A stretch of DNA of 64,000 nt from a virus (taxonomy: Duplodnaviria > Caudoviricetes): IMG/VR virus record IMGVR_UViG_3300037067_016777, positions 128,001-192,000 of that record; one strand, given 5' to 3'. The number at the start of each line of letters is the position of its first letter. Position 1 is the stretch's first letter. Under the pieces are notes generated by a model. The model did not search any database. It saw only the letters and a program-made list of their open reading frames with translations, and was not told the DNA's origin. Positions 54,688 to 64,000 of this stretch are shown piece by piece. A program made the position numbers and the translations under genes.

Positions 54688-54736
54688 GAGTGTGAAATGT
54701 ACAAACCACACGCGTGGCAAGACGAGAGAATAGCCG

Positions 54737-55501
54737 ATGCAGAACAACAGTTGCATAATATGCGGATCTGATAAGAATCTCAACACTGAATTCGTCGTGA
54801 CCGTCGACGATCAGAAAGTTACGGTCAAGGTTTGCGATGAGCATGCAGACGATATAACTCCGAAAGCAGCTAAGGTTGCATATTTGAAATGGAAGTCGAC
54901 TCGCGACACACAGATGCAGGAGTTTTTAGCACAGGCTGCCAAGCTTGGTATGACTGTAGTACCACAAGGTAGCGGATTAGTTGTAGCGACATCAGCGACA
55001 TCAGCTATACCAGCGCCGATACCATCTACACCAAAATCTGTTATAAGCGAATTACATGGTGGCCGAGAAGACGGTATATTGCCATCTTCAGAAGTTGACA
55101 ATGTTATGCAGAGACGTGTGGCAGGTATGTCTGGATCTATTGATGGACAAGGAGTTGAAAGGCATAATGCCTATGATCCATCTGAACTAGATTCGAAGCT
55201 GCCAGATGGTGCAAGAGATGGTTTAGTGAAAATGGAATTGGCTGAGGGCAGGCATGGGACGCCATTGGCTATCCCAGCAATTAGACAAGATGGGCTTGGC
55301 ACGACGAGGGTGAGGATTGCAAAGACTGTGACCGATGCAGATTTGCAAAAGCGGTTCAAGCAGCAAGCAGCCGCTGATCATTCTTTTAAAGACGGCTATG
55401 ATATTCACCCTTGTCCGATGTGTAAGGGTGACGGTATGATCCGGAAAAGCCCGTCAGAAACTATAGTATGCCCCAAATGTGGTGGCTCAGCATTGCTTTA
55501 G
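54737..55501 (+). CDS. Hypothetical protein with N- and C-terminal Zn-binding motifs
   Basis: CIICG...VCDEH; CPMCKGDG...CPKCGGS. Confidence 0.75.
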   Translation: MQNNSCIICGSDKNLNTEFVVTVDDQKVTVKVCDEHADDITPKAAKVAYLKWKSTRDTQMQEFLAQAAKLGMTVVPQGSGLVVATSATSAIPAPIPSTPKSVISELHGGREDGILPSSEVDNVMQRRVAGMSGSIDGQGVERHNAYDPSELDSKLPDGARDGLVKMELAEGRHGTPLAIPAIRQDGLGTTRVRIAKTVTDADLQKRFKQQAAADHSFKDGYDIHPCPMCKGDGMIRKSPSETIVCPKCGGSALL

Positions 55502-55746
55502 AGACCGGGCGGCGATAAACTGAATTGCCTAGTAGACACACCTAAAAATCTGCGATGTCGCGGTTTCATTGGTGTGCCTGTTGCTTGAGACGTAAAACCA
55601 GAAACTCTAGAACCAAAATCACCACAATTATCAGGTTTGGTGTCGATAGTACTCATGCCCAATATTGGTTTTCGGCCATATTGATGACCTGAAGCACGAG
55701 CTAGAGCTTTAATAAGATCACCTTCGCTCAACAATAATAATTTCAT
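55498..55746 (-). CDS. Hypothetical protein
   Basis: 82-aa ORF coupled (ATGA) to upstream gene. Confidence 0.55.
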   Translation of the reverse strand: MKLLLLSEGDLIKALARASGHQYGRKPILGMSTIDTKPDNCGDFGSRVSGFTSQATGTPMKPRHRRFLGVSTRQFSLSPPGL

Positions 55747-56186
55747 TGTGTGCTACCGGGTGATTGTCCTGGCTTGCTAACAGCAATTATCCCTTCAAGA
55801 TCTGGATGGTATCCGGCATCTTGTTCGCACCATCCATCTCCATCGCCAACTTCTTCTTTAATAGTTTCGAGTATTCCTATTGCTTTTTCTCGTTCAGTAC
55901 CACAAATGCCCTGGGTGCACATTTCTTGCATCATAGCTTTTTCGAACAATGGATCGGTAATATATTTATAATTATGGACTTTGCGAAAAGCCCGGCATAC
56001 TCCCTCATGACAGACTAAATCAATTGTTTTCAACTCGAATAGATCGTTAATCTGTTCTTGTAGGTATTGGAGAGATTTAGCATCCATATCAGCTAGATCT
56101 TTGGGCGGATCTTGTAGCCCTAATTTAACCTTATGTTGTAGATATGTTTGAATCGCTTCAGTTAGCAATTTTTCGTTGCTGTTCAT
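55743..56186 (-). CDS. Hypothetical protein
   Basis: AGGAG RBS; 147 aa. Confidence 0.7.
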   Translation of the reverse strand: MNSNEKLLTEAIQTYLQHKVKLGLQDPPKDLADMDAKSLQYLQEQINDLFELKTIDLVCHEGVCRAFRKVHNYKYITDPLFEKAMMQEMCTQGICGTEREKAIGILETIKEEVGDGDGWCEQDAGYHPDLEGIIAVSKPGQSPGSTQ

Positions 56187-56221
56187 TTGTATTCTCCTGT
56201 ATAATGTTTGCTTGACGATAG

Positions 56222-56551
56222 ATGGGTATAAATAACTACTTACCAGAGGAACCTCAACCGATAATTCAACAATTAGATCAGGTTGAATTATTAACTGTTA
56301 AGCGGGTAAAATATTTATCTACTAAACCAGGATATGCTCCAAGCCCACATGGCAAATGGAGTGTTGTAGGGATAATTGAGGGAGATGCTTTGCTTGCAAA
56401 AGACAATACTCTCATCCGTATTCCACTTGGGGATATTAGAAAGGCTTGCACACACAATCGCCAACAAGTCATAGATTGTTTGGCAGAAATCTGCTATAAA
56501 GGCAAAAGCAATGGCAAAAAAGAAACCAGTACCGAAACCAGATCAGGGTGA
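56222..56551 (+). CDS. Hypothetical protein
   Basis: 109-aa ORF upstream of recA. Confidence 0.6.
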   Translation: MGINNYLPEEPQPIIQQLDQVELLTVKRVKYLSTKPGYAPSPHGKWSVVGIIEGDALLAKDNTLIRIPLGDIRKACTHNRQQVIDCLAEICYKGKSNGKKETSTETRSG

Positions 56552-57653
56552 AACGGATGACTTCGGTGAGCCGATTCAGAAGATGACGTTTGATGAGATG
56601 TATGCCGAATTGGAAAAGAAATTCGGCGATTCGATTCACTGGGGCGGCGAAACGGCTATTAAACCGACAAAATCAATATCAACCGATTTGCCTAGTTTGG
56701 ATATAGCATTAGGTTGTCGTGGTATTCCAGATGGTAGGATTGTAGAAATATATGGTGCGGAATCAAGTGGTAAGACAACACTTGCTTTACAAATAGTTGC
56801 TAGTTTTCAAAAGCACGATAAACTGGTTGCTTATATCGACGCGGAACACGCTCTAGATTATGATTGGGCAACACATATTGGTGTGGATGTTAAGAAATGG
56901 TTACTGTCTCAACCTGACAGTGGCGAACAAGCATTTGATATTCTGACTTCACTTGTCCATTCAGGCATAGTCGGACTTGTAGTAGTAGATTCAGTGGCTG
57001 CGCTTGTGCCTCAAGAAGAGTTAGATTGCGATATAAGTGATGTTAAGATTGGTGCTCAGGCAAGATTGATGTCCAAAGGTTTACGCAAATTAGCTGGTAA
57101 ATGCCTTAGGACGGGAACTACTGTGATATTTATCAATCAGCTTCGCGATAAGATTGGCCAAGGCGGACCTAGCTATATTAAGCAAGAAACCACTCCTGGC
57201 GGTAGGGCTTTGAAATTCTACTCATCTGTTAGGCTAGAGGTTCGCAGAGCAGAGACGTTGCGTGAAAACGACCGGCCGTATGGGTTAGTCAGTAAGATCA
57301 AAATTGCGAAGAATAAGGTTGCTCCGCCATTTCGTTCTGCGAGCCTAGAAATCCATTTCGGTGCAGATGGGATTTATGGTTATAACAAAACGTTGTCGCT
57401 GATTGATGCTGGAATTGAAACCAAGGCGATTTCGCTAAAAGGCTCTAATTACTATCTTGGCGATCGCAAGATTGCTGTAGGTAAGAAGAAGTTAATTGAC
57501 ATATTAACTTCAGATGAGGAATTGCTTAGGCTTGTTTCTGACGAAACATATCGCATAATGGAGACAGGGCAAATAACTGGTCCTGTAGTGGCCGATAGTT
57601 CTACCAAAGATACAGAAGAGGTAGATACTCAGAGTTTCGACGAAGAAGGATAG
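56511..57653 (+). CDS. recA: RecA recombinase
   Basis: GRIVEIYGAESSGKTT, IDAEHALD, SQPDSGEQA, VDSVAAL, QARLMSKGLRK, IFINQLR, TPGGRALKFY, KNKVAPPF. Confidence 0.97.
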   Translation: MAKKKPVPKPDQGETDDFGEPIQKMTFDEMYAELEKKFGDSIHWGGETAIKPTKSISTDLPSLDIALGCRGIPDGRIVEIYGAESSGKTTLALQIVASFQKHDKLVAYIDAEHALDYDWATHIGVDVKKWLLSQPDSGEQAFDILTSLVHSGIVGLVVVDSVAALVPQEELDCDISDVKIGAQARLMSKGLRKLAGKCLRTGTTVIFINQLRDKIGQGGPSYIKQETTPGGRALKFYSSVRLEVRRAETLRENDRPYGLVSKIKIAKNKVAPPFRSASLEIHFGADGIYGYNKTLSLIDAGIETKAISLKGSNYYLGDRKIAVGKKKLIDILTSDEELLRLVSDETYRIMETGQITGPVVADSSTKDTEEVDTQSFDEEG

Positions 57654-57663
57654 GTAACCATAG

Positions 57664-57981
57664 ATGGCCAAAGCCCCACTCTACGATATTGGTCAAATAG
57701 TATATCTAAAAGAGTCAGCTGCCTTGGGATTCTTAGAGGCTTATGCTATTAAGGATATGGGATATCAACCTAATGGCAAGCTAATTTATACGTTAGTGAC
57801 ATCTCTGAAATCACCGGCAGCCGTTCAAACAATCGGTGACAGAATAACTGGCCAACGAGTTTTACCAATCAGGTTTTATGAAGAAGATCTGATTGAATAT
57901 AGAGAAGCACTTGAGATGTGTATATTAAACTTGCAAACTCAACTCAATGCTTTGCAACGTTTATATCAAGGGCTCACATGA
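57664..57981 (+). CDS. Hypothetical protein
   Basis: 105-aa ORF between recA and helicase. Confidence 0.7.
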   Translation: MAKAPLYDIGQIVYLKESAALGFLEAYAIKDMGYQPNGKLIYTLVTSLKSPAAVQTIGDRITGQRVLPIRFYEEDLIEYREALEMCILNLQTQLNALQRLYQGLT

Positions 57982-59393
57982 TTGAAGCGCTTCAGGTTGA
58001 ACAGGACGCTATTTCCATTGATAGCCCTTTTGGTCCAAACATGGAAGCTGGCGTTATATCGCTAATTCTTGATTTTCCTGAATTATACATACCAATAGCT
58101 AAGTTTTTTACTGCAGAATTATTTTCAAGGCCAGAAATAAAGTATGTCGTGGCTGCGCTAAAGCAAGATTATGAAAAATTTGGCGTTATACCATCACGTG
58201 CTTTGCTTCACGATCGTTTAGCTAAGCAATTAACTGCAGACGATCCACATCAAGAAATATTAGGTGCTGTTAAAAGATTATCTGATCCAAGAGAAACGCC
58301 AATAATACGCCAAATCTTACGTGAATGGGTTGAACACCGATCCTATGAGCAGTTATACTCTGATGAGGCAATAGCAGCACATGCGCGTGGGGATCATGAG
58401 TTTCTCCGCAAGATTGTCGACTCTGCTTCTAGCATCAATTTAATCGGAAACCAGGGTTTTTGGTTTTTCGACCAAATTGATGAAGTGTTCGTAGATACAG
58501 CCATAGAACATATTGGTACTGGTTTTAAGGGATTAGATGAGAAACTCAACGAAGGCGGCCCATCTCCTGGCGAAGTGCTGATTATTTTGGCACCGACAGG
58601 GGTTGGGAAAACATTGACGATGATCAATATGGCGTTCGCTGCGATGGCTAAAGGCCATAATGTTCTATTCGTTACGTTCGAATTATCGACATATAAAACA
58701 GCTATACGATTAGTTAGTCGTATGTCGCATACAGCTATAAGAGATTTCGCTCGCGCTAATATTGATACATTATCTGAAACAGATCAGAGTAGTATACGTG
58801 AAAACCAAAATAAAGTGCGTAATATTGTTCGAGTCAATAGAGGTAAAATGGGTGAATTGGTTATTTATGAATTACCACCAGATGAATGTAGTGTCGACAA
58901 TATTTATGGCATTATAGAAACCAATCGTAAAACAAGGGGATGGGAACCGAAAGTAGTGGCTCTCGATTATTTAGAATTAATGCTTAGTCGCCACAGCTAC
59001 AATAATACTGAGGGCGACTACACTAGGCAGAAGAGTGTAGCTACTGAAATGCGCGGATTGGCAAAAAATGAAAATGTGCTTGTTTATTCTGCTACACAGA
59101 CCAATCGTAGTGGGGCAAAAGCTGATAAGCAAGGGCAAAACCCAAACCAAAATGCTGAAGCTGCCCATATAGATCTAGACAAAGCGGCGGAGAGTTTTGG
59201 AAAGGCTATGCCAGTTGATTATGTGGTTAGCCTGAATCAGACAGAAGATGAGTATAAAAGAGGTGAAACCGACAAAGTGAACGGCTCTGTTATCAGGCTT
59301 TGGATAGCGAAAAACCGCAATGGTCCAAAGTTTTGCTCTATATCTACAAGCGTATTTTATGATAGAATGGAAATTGTTGAAGTTAATGGCTAA
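57978..59393 (+). CDS. DnaB/gp41-like replicative helicase
   Basis: TGFKGLD..L.GG, APTGVGKT, FVTFEL, LDYLELM, ATQTNRSG, AESFGK, KNRNG. Confidence 0.9.
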   Translation: MIEALQVEQDAISIDSPFGPNMEAGVISLILDFPELYIPIAKFFTAELFSRPEIKYVVAALKQDYEKFGVIPSRALLHDRLAKQLTADDPHQEILGAVKRLSDPRETPIIRQILREWVEHRSYEQLYSDEAIAAHARGDHEFLRKIVDSASSINLIGNQGFWFFDQIDEVFVDTAIEHIGTGFKGLDEKLNEGGPSPGEVLIILAPTGVGKTLTMINMAFAAMAKGHNVLFVTFELSTYKTAIRLVSRMSHTAIRDFARANIDTLSETDQSSIRENQNKVRNIVRVNRGKMGELVIYELPPDECSVDNIYGIIETNRKTRGWEPKVVALDYLELMLSRHSYNNTEGDYTRQKSVATEMRGLAKNENVLVYSATQTNRSGAKADKQGQNPNQNAEAAHIDLDKAAESFGKAMPVDYVVSLNQTEDEYKRGETDKVNGSVIRLWIAKNRNGPKFCSISTSVFYDRMEIVEVNG

Positions 59394-59411
59394 TAAACCA
59401 GGGAGCCAATC

Positions 59412-59813
59412 ATGGCTGAAGACGCTTTACTCGCTCGATCTTTCTCTGCCGTTATTGAAATGATACAGCCGAAGAAAGATAAGTATCAAGTGACTCCGAT
59501 TTTGGTCGGAAACGATTTTGTTGCGATCGCACCAATTACAGTAAAGAAAGAAAGCACCATTTTTGTGCCCGATGAGGAACCGACTATCGGTATCATCGTT
59601 GGCATGGGGCCGCTTGTTCCGGAAGGTATGCGATCGGCTTTTGTTGTTGGCAACGTGGTTAAGTTCAATCCGAAACAGTTTATTTGTAACTTGGATGGAT
59701 TGTACCAAGCGTACGGCAAGGCGCGTGTCGTATTGACTCGTTACATCAATATTTTGGCGGCAGTACCCGGAGAGTCGGTCATGGTGATCGGACTCGACAA
59801 AGCGAAAGAATAA
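59412..59813 (+). CDS. GroES/Cpn10-like co-chaperonin
   Basis: STIFVPDE..TIGIIVGMGP...VGNVVKF...ILAAV. Confidence 0.55.
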   Translation: MAEDALLARSFSAVIEMIQPKKDKYQVTPILVGNDFVAIAPITVKKESTIFVPDEEPTIGIIVGMGPLVPEGMRSAFVVGNVVKFNPKQFICNLDGLYQAYGKARVVLTRYINILAAVPGESVMVIGLDKAKE

Positions 59814-59823
59814 TGGGATAATA

Positions 59824-60234
59824 ATGCCGCGATATAACTATATCTGTAATGATTGTGTGGCTGCTCGTGAGAAGGAAGTTTGTAGGCCGCTCACTGATGA
59901 CGAGCAATCCGAAATCGTCTTTGAGGTTTCGCATAGTATCGTGTTTCCTCCAAAAAAGGAACTGCGAAAACTGACGAAGTGTCCCTTATGCGATAGCTAT
60001 GACACACACATTACTTTGCTGGGGACAGACCAGAGTATTCGTATTCGCGGCGGCGATTGGCGTGAATTTCGAAAGAAAAACGCCAAGGCTCTGCAACGTG
60101 ATATGGCATTGCACCAGTTGCAGAACGACGACCCATATGGGTACATGAGAACGTCAGATGATAAGGCAGAGCTAGCTGATAAGCTTCGCACAGGTGGTAG
60201 AAGACAGACTGACAAGAAGCATTTTTTAACATAA
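59824..60234 (+). CDS. FmdB-like zinc-ribbon protein
   Basis: MPRYNYICNDC...FEV....CPLCDS. Confidence 0.7.
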   Translation: MPRYNYICNDCVAAREKEVCRPLTDDEQSEIVFEVSHSIVFPPKKELRKLTKCPLCDSYDTHITLLGTDQSIRIRGGDWREFRKKNAKALQRDMALHQLQNDDPYGYMRTSDDKAELADKLRTGGRRQTDKKHFLT

Positions 60235-61425
60235 ATGGCTCGTACTGATAATAACATCAGCTATTTCTGTGCATTATATGACAGAAGGATGCTACCGGTT
60301 GCCGCTGGGGTAAAAACTCCGAATAGTAGTAACATTTTTCCTCTTTACCATTCTGGTGCTGGTAGATCGATATATGACATTGAGCAATCAGTCAAGAAAC
60401 TCAATCGCTGGATGGAGCAATCTTTATTACAAGATAGAGTTCTTGTTGTAAATGACTTCAAGTCAATACTAACTGGTTTTAAATTCGGTTTACCAAGAGA
60501 AGCCTTGAATGTCTACGATGTCTTTACGCCTATACCAAAGGTGCAATTGACATTTGAGGAGACTTCATTTGTAATCAATGATATGCTATCTGATATACAG
60601 AAGCAAAGATTGAGGCTTTGGCAGAAGGTTGCGGCGAATGCTTCTGTCGTCTATGAAAGCCTAGAACGACAAGGAATCTTGGTTGGCGGTTTACACAAGT
60701 TCCCACATTGGACGCATCGTACGGTCAGTGGTCGTAGTAAAAACACAGGTTTCAACCTTCAAGGAACATCTGCAAATGATGATATATCAGACCCATGTGG
60801 TAATAATTTAGATTATTTCATTAATTTCGATTGGAGAGCAGCAGATATACGGATAGCTGCTATACTTAGTAGGGACAAACATTTAAATGAGATGTCGATT
60901 GAGTCAGATCCATATTTGAAATTGTCAGAAATGCTTGATATGCCGCGAAAAGATTGCAAAATAATGTTATTGCGTGCAATTAATTCTATTGATATTGACA
61001 ATCCTATTTTTCAATTATTCCCAGACTTGCGTGAGTGGATGATTGCGCAGAAAGAAAAATTAGATAATAGCCAACCGATCACTAGTATTCTCGGCAGAAC
61101 ATTCTTTAACGCTGAAAAGCCAAGATCTGCTTTCAATTCAACTATGCAAGGGTCAATTGCACAAGCAATGCAATTGACTATAAGGAGAGTGTGGGAACTA
61201 TATTTCAGGCTATTAGCTGAGACTCATGATTCTATAACTATAGCCTGCGCTAGAAACGAGGTAAAAAATACGATGCACACGATAGCTAATATTATGTGCA
61301 GACCGTTTGAGGGAATATTAAATAGCAACCCAGTATTTCCTGTACGAGTCAATATTGGGAAAGAATGGTGCAAATGGAAGCCATGCAGACTATATCTCGA
61401 TGTAGATAAATTTCAACCATGTTGA
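60235..61425 (+). CDS. Compact family A DNA polymerase-like protein
   Basis: TVSGRS....NLQG, FDWRAADIRIAA (motif A), SILGR, AFNSTMQGS, ETHDSI (motif C). Confidence 0.75.
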   Translation: MARTDNNISYFCALYDRRMLPVAAGVKTPNSSNIFPLYHSGAGRSIYDIEQSVKKLNRWMEQSLLQDRVLVVNDFKSILTGFKFGLPREALNVYDVFTPIPKVQLTFEETSFVINDMLSDIQKQRLRLWQKVAANASVVYESLERQGILVGGLHKFPHWTHRTVSGRSKNTGFNLQGTSANDDISDPCGNNLDYFINFDWRAADIRIAAILSRDKHLNEMSIESDPYLKLSEMLDMPRKDCKIMLLRAINSIDIDNPIFQLFPDLREWMIAQKEKLDNSQPITSILGRTFFNAEKPRSAFNSTMQGSIAQAMQLTIRRVWELYFRLLAETHDSITIACARNEVKNTMHTIANIMCRPFEGILNSNPVFPVRVNIGKEWCKWKPCRLYLDVDKFQPC

Positions 61426-61457
61426 TGTATTTGATAAGATAATAAAGGCAACTTATT

Positions 61458-61976
61458 ATGGTAAATGAAAAAAACGACGCATTACCACAATGGTTTCAAG
61501 AGCATGTTCCGCTCGATTTAGCCAACAGTCCTTTATTTCAATTCAAAATCAAATTACAAAATGGCAATACCTGTGAAATTAATTTAGTAGCAGATATCGA
61601 CATAAATTTCGAGATATTAGAAGAACAACACGAGCGGATTCCAGCACAATATATTTATTGGGCAGCAATTTATAGCGAATTAAGATGTGCCGTTGCTATA
61701 TTAGAATTGAAAATGCGGTCGAAAAAGAATGTAGTGCTGCGTAAAACACTCGAAGAATTCAGAGCGCGTAACGCGAAAACTACAGATAAGCAGATAAATG
61801 CGATTGTTGACGGCGATCAGGATTTAGTTAAGTCTGAGGCTGAACTTGCTATATTACAGAGAAATTGTGGAAAAGTATATCATATGGTTGAAGCAATCAA
61901 GCTAAGATCGGAGCATTGCCGATCGTTGGCTGGCTTTAAGCGTCAAGAAAAAGAACAATCTGGTAGACAAACCTAA
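61458..61976 (+). CDS. UvsY-like recombination mediator (putative)
   Basis: Helical protein with Y.YW, KTTDKQINAIVDGD; located beside the SSB gene. Confidence 0.5.
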   Translation: MVNEKNDALPQWFQEHVPLDLANSPLFQFKIKLQNGNTCEINLVADIDINFEILEEQHERIPAQYIYWAAIYSELRCAVAILELKMRSKKNVVLRKTLEEFRARNAKTTDKQINAIVDGDQDLVKSEAELAILQRNCGKVYHMVEAIKLRSEHCRSLAGFKRQEKEQSGRQT

Positions 61977-62019
61977 TCCTTGTCAGGCGACTACAAGGAC
62001 AAACTCAAGGAGATTTAAG

Positions 62020-63204
62020 ATGGCATATGACATTGAAGCTATCAGGCAACAAGTCAGAAGCAAGATGAAGAAGGGGAAAGATCCGACTGAATTTCGTGCA
62101 CCGAAAGCCGAAGGCGATAAAACGCTGAAGTTCAGGTTTTACATTCTGCCACCACTACAGATTGGTGATATTTGTAATGATGGCAAATCAACGTGTGAAC
62201 GCGAAATGGAATTGTTTGCGATTGCAAATGGCAGCCATTATATCGATAACAAGCGAATTGGCTGCCCTCGCGCCATAAATGAAGAAGAATGTGCAATTTG
62301 CAATTATGGTTTTGATCTTCTGAATGAGGTCGATGGCTCTAGCGAAGAGGGTAAGAAGAGACGCTCAGAAATCAGCAGAGCACTCCTACCAGCTCAATAC
62401 AATTTGGTCAATATTTATTTCCCGGCTATCGACGCCAATCCGGAAGAAGTTCGCGGCAGAGTTTTTTGGTACAACGCTCCAAAGACTCTTGTTGATATGT
62501 GGCTTGAATGTCTCTATCGTGATGATGATGGTGGCGACCCAGATGAACCGTTGCCGTTTGGTGTGTTCTACGATGAATGCAATGCGTATCTTTTCCAGCT
62601 TGAGGTGTTCAAAGATGGTCAAATGAACAGCTACAAGCGATCGAAGTTCATGGTTTCGACAGCGCTCAAATCGCGTCCAATCGCTGTCGACAAGGCTACC
62701 AAGAAAATAGATATGAAGCGGATCAAGGAAATTCTTGCTAAGCGACATAACTTATGGGAGAAAATGCCAGCAGTTGATCTTGAAGAGGTGGCTAAGGTCG
62801 CTGCGGCTCTTAGTGGTCGTGCAGTAGCAAAAGCCGCAGCGACTGGCGGATTTGATCATGACGAAGATGCATTTTCTGAAGGCGAAGAGCCAGTACAAGA
62901 GGCTCCAAAGCCAGTATCTAAGCCGGTTGCTACGAAAGCTGTAGCGAAACCAGTGGCGAAACCAGTGGCTACGAAAGCTGTTGCAAAGCCTACCGCTAAA
63001 GTTGTTGCAAAACCTGCTGCAACAAAGCAGAAAGAATCGCCTGTAGAAGAACCAGTTGCACAGGAGTTAGAAGACGAAGAGTTGTCCGGTGAGACTCCTG
63101 TTGACGAAACCGAAGAGATTGAAGCTGAGGCTGAGGAAGCTTCTGAAGAATTAGACGAAGTTGATGGTGAGGTCGACCGTCTACTAGACGAACTTAACGG
63201 TTAG
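62020..63204 (+). CDS. gp32-like single-stranded DNA-binding protein
   Basis: FYILPP, H....CPR.....CAIC, Y.RSKF, AKPV repeats, acidic tail ending VDRLLDELNG; AGGAG RBS. Confidence 0.75.
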   Translation: MAYDIEAIRQQVRSKMKKGKDPTEFRAPKAEGDKTLKFRFYILPPLQIGDICNDGKSTCEREMELFAIANGSHYIDNKRIGCPRAINEEECAICNYGFDLLNEVDGSSEEGKKRRSEISRALLPAQYNLVNIYFPAIDANPEEVRGRVFWYNAPKTLVDMWLECLYRDDDGGDPDEPLPFGVFYDECNAYLFQLEVFKDGQMNSYKRSKFMVSTALKSRPIAVDKATKKIDMKRIKEILAKRHNLWEKMPAVDLEEVAKVAAALSGRAVAKAAATGGFDHDEDAFSEGEEPVQEAPKPVSKPVATKAVAKPVAKPVATKAVAKPTAKVVAKPAATKQKESPVEEPVAQELEDEELSGETPVDETEEIEAEAEEASEELDEVDGEVDRLLDELNG

Positions 63205-63224
63205 TCAAAAAGTTACGAGATTAC

Positions 63225-63270
63225 ACAGGACGTAAGAGAGGGATCCCTCTCTTACGTCCTGTTCTTTATT
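63225..63270 (+). terminator. Perfect 38-bp palindrome, probable terminator after the SSB gene
   Basis: acaggacgtaagagaggga/tccctctcttacgtcctgt (63225-63262), then tctttatt. Confidence 0.65.
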
Positions 63271-63285
63271 ATAAGGTTTAATAGT

Positions 63286-64000
63286 ATGGGCGATCAGAAA
63301 TGCACACTACTTGTAGATGCTAGAAATTTGATGTATCGCGCGATCTGGGCTGGTAGGAAGCCTTCGGCCAAGTATCAGCATCAACATTCATTCACCATTA
63401 TGCTTAGGTTTATGGTTGGTTGGATTGATCGTTTTAAGCCTGAGAGTGTGAGCATATTTTGGGATGCTAAACGAGCAACCCTGTGGCGGATGAAAATTTT
63501 TGCTGGATATAAAGATAAATCAGCAGATAAACATGCGATAGATATTAAAGATGAATTAATTAGTACACAGCTTGCTGCGAAAGCTATGTTCGCTAAAATG
63601 GGTTGTAGACAATTTAGTAAGGAGCATATGGAAGCAGATGATTTAATTTATGCTGCTTGCAAAATTTTAGCGCCATCTCCGGTCATAATATGTTCTTCTG
63701 ACAGCGACTATAATCAAATAGTATTCCGAATGCCTCATGTTCGATGTTTTGACCCAATGAAAGAGCATTTTGTACAGCAAATTAATTACGACCCAGTAGT
63801 TCAAAAAGCTTTATGTGGTGATACATCTGACCGTGTAAATGGTTATGAAGGAATAGGCCCTGTGAAAAGTACGGCGATGGCAAAATCCAGCAAAGATCGA
63901 GCGGAGTTCTTATCTAAAAGAGGGATTGCACTATTTATTAGGAATATGTTGTTAATAGATTTGTCACTATGTCCTGAACTTCTAAAAAACCAACTATATG
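63286..64000 (+). CDS. 5'-3' exonuclease / T4 RNase H (FEN-like), partial
   Basis: Manual translation: LLVDARNLMYR, IFWDA, WR....GYK, EADDLI, SSDSDYNQ, GDTSD...G..GIGP; runs off window end. Confidence 0.9.
   Translation, partial: MGDQKCTLLVDARNLMYRAIWAGRKPSAKYQHQHSFTIMLRFMVGWIDRFKPESVSIFWDAKRATLWRMKIFAGYKDKSADKHAIDIKDELISTQLAAKAMFAKMGCRQFSKEHMEADDLIYAACKILAPSPVIICSSDSDYNQIVFRMPHVRCFDPMKEHFVQQINYDPVVQKALCGDTSDRVNGYEGIGPVKSTAMAKSSKDRAEFLSKRGIALFIRNMLLIDLSLCPELLKNQLY

Overview
This window looks like 64 kb of a large (jumbo-type) tailed dsDNA bacteriophage genome. It is AT-rich, densely coding, uses the standard genetic code and has no rRNA or host housekeeping operons. In order it holds: two probable head-associated proteins (1-2.7 kb); a minus-strand glycan-tailoring cluster (2.9-10.8 kb: methyltransferases, TylF, NodZ-like and GT10 fucosyltransferases, sulfotransferase, GT-radical SAM fusion, GT4); an HNH gene preceded by a ~380-nt nested structured non-coding region and a 41-bp tandem repeat at a strand switch; accessory genes (dUTPase, CAP proteins, deaminase, ATPase, NADAR, more GTs, SbcD, DinG-like helicase, TraR); Cys-rich and mucin-like structural proteins followed by GT2, Maf-like and ppGalNAc-T-like glycosyltransferases; an actin-like ATPase; a DnaE split into two genes; four collagen-like fibres; and a replication/recombination block (UDG, RecA, DnaB-like helicase, GroES-like, minimal PolA, UvsY-like, gp32-like SSB, 5'-3' exonuclease). 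The best candidate for an undescribed system is a GC-rich 245-aa gene (13669-14406) followed by a ~400-nt terminator-bounded RNA. That RNA contains two circularly permuted tRNA-like modules and repeated CAGACU hexamers, one of which also lies beside the gene's own RBS. Second is an apparent mucin-type O-glycosylation module: a GT27-like enzyme next to Thr-rich virion proteins. All family calls are by-eye motif recognition, not database searches.
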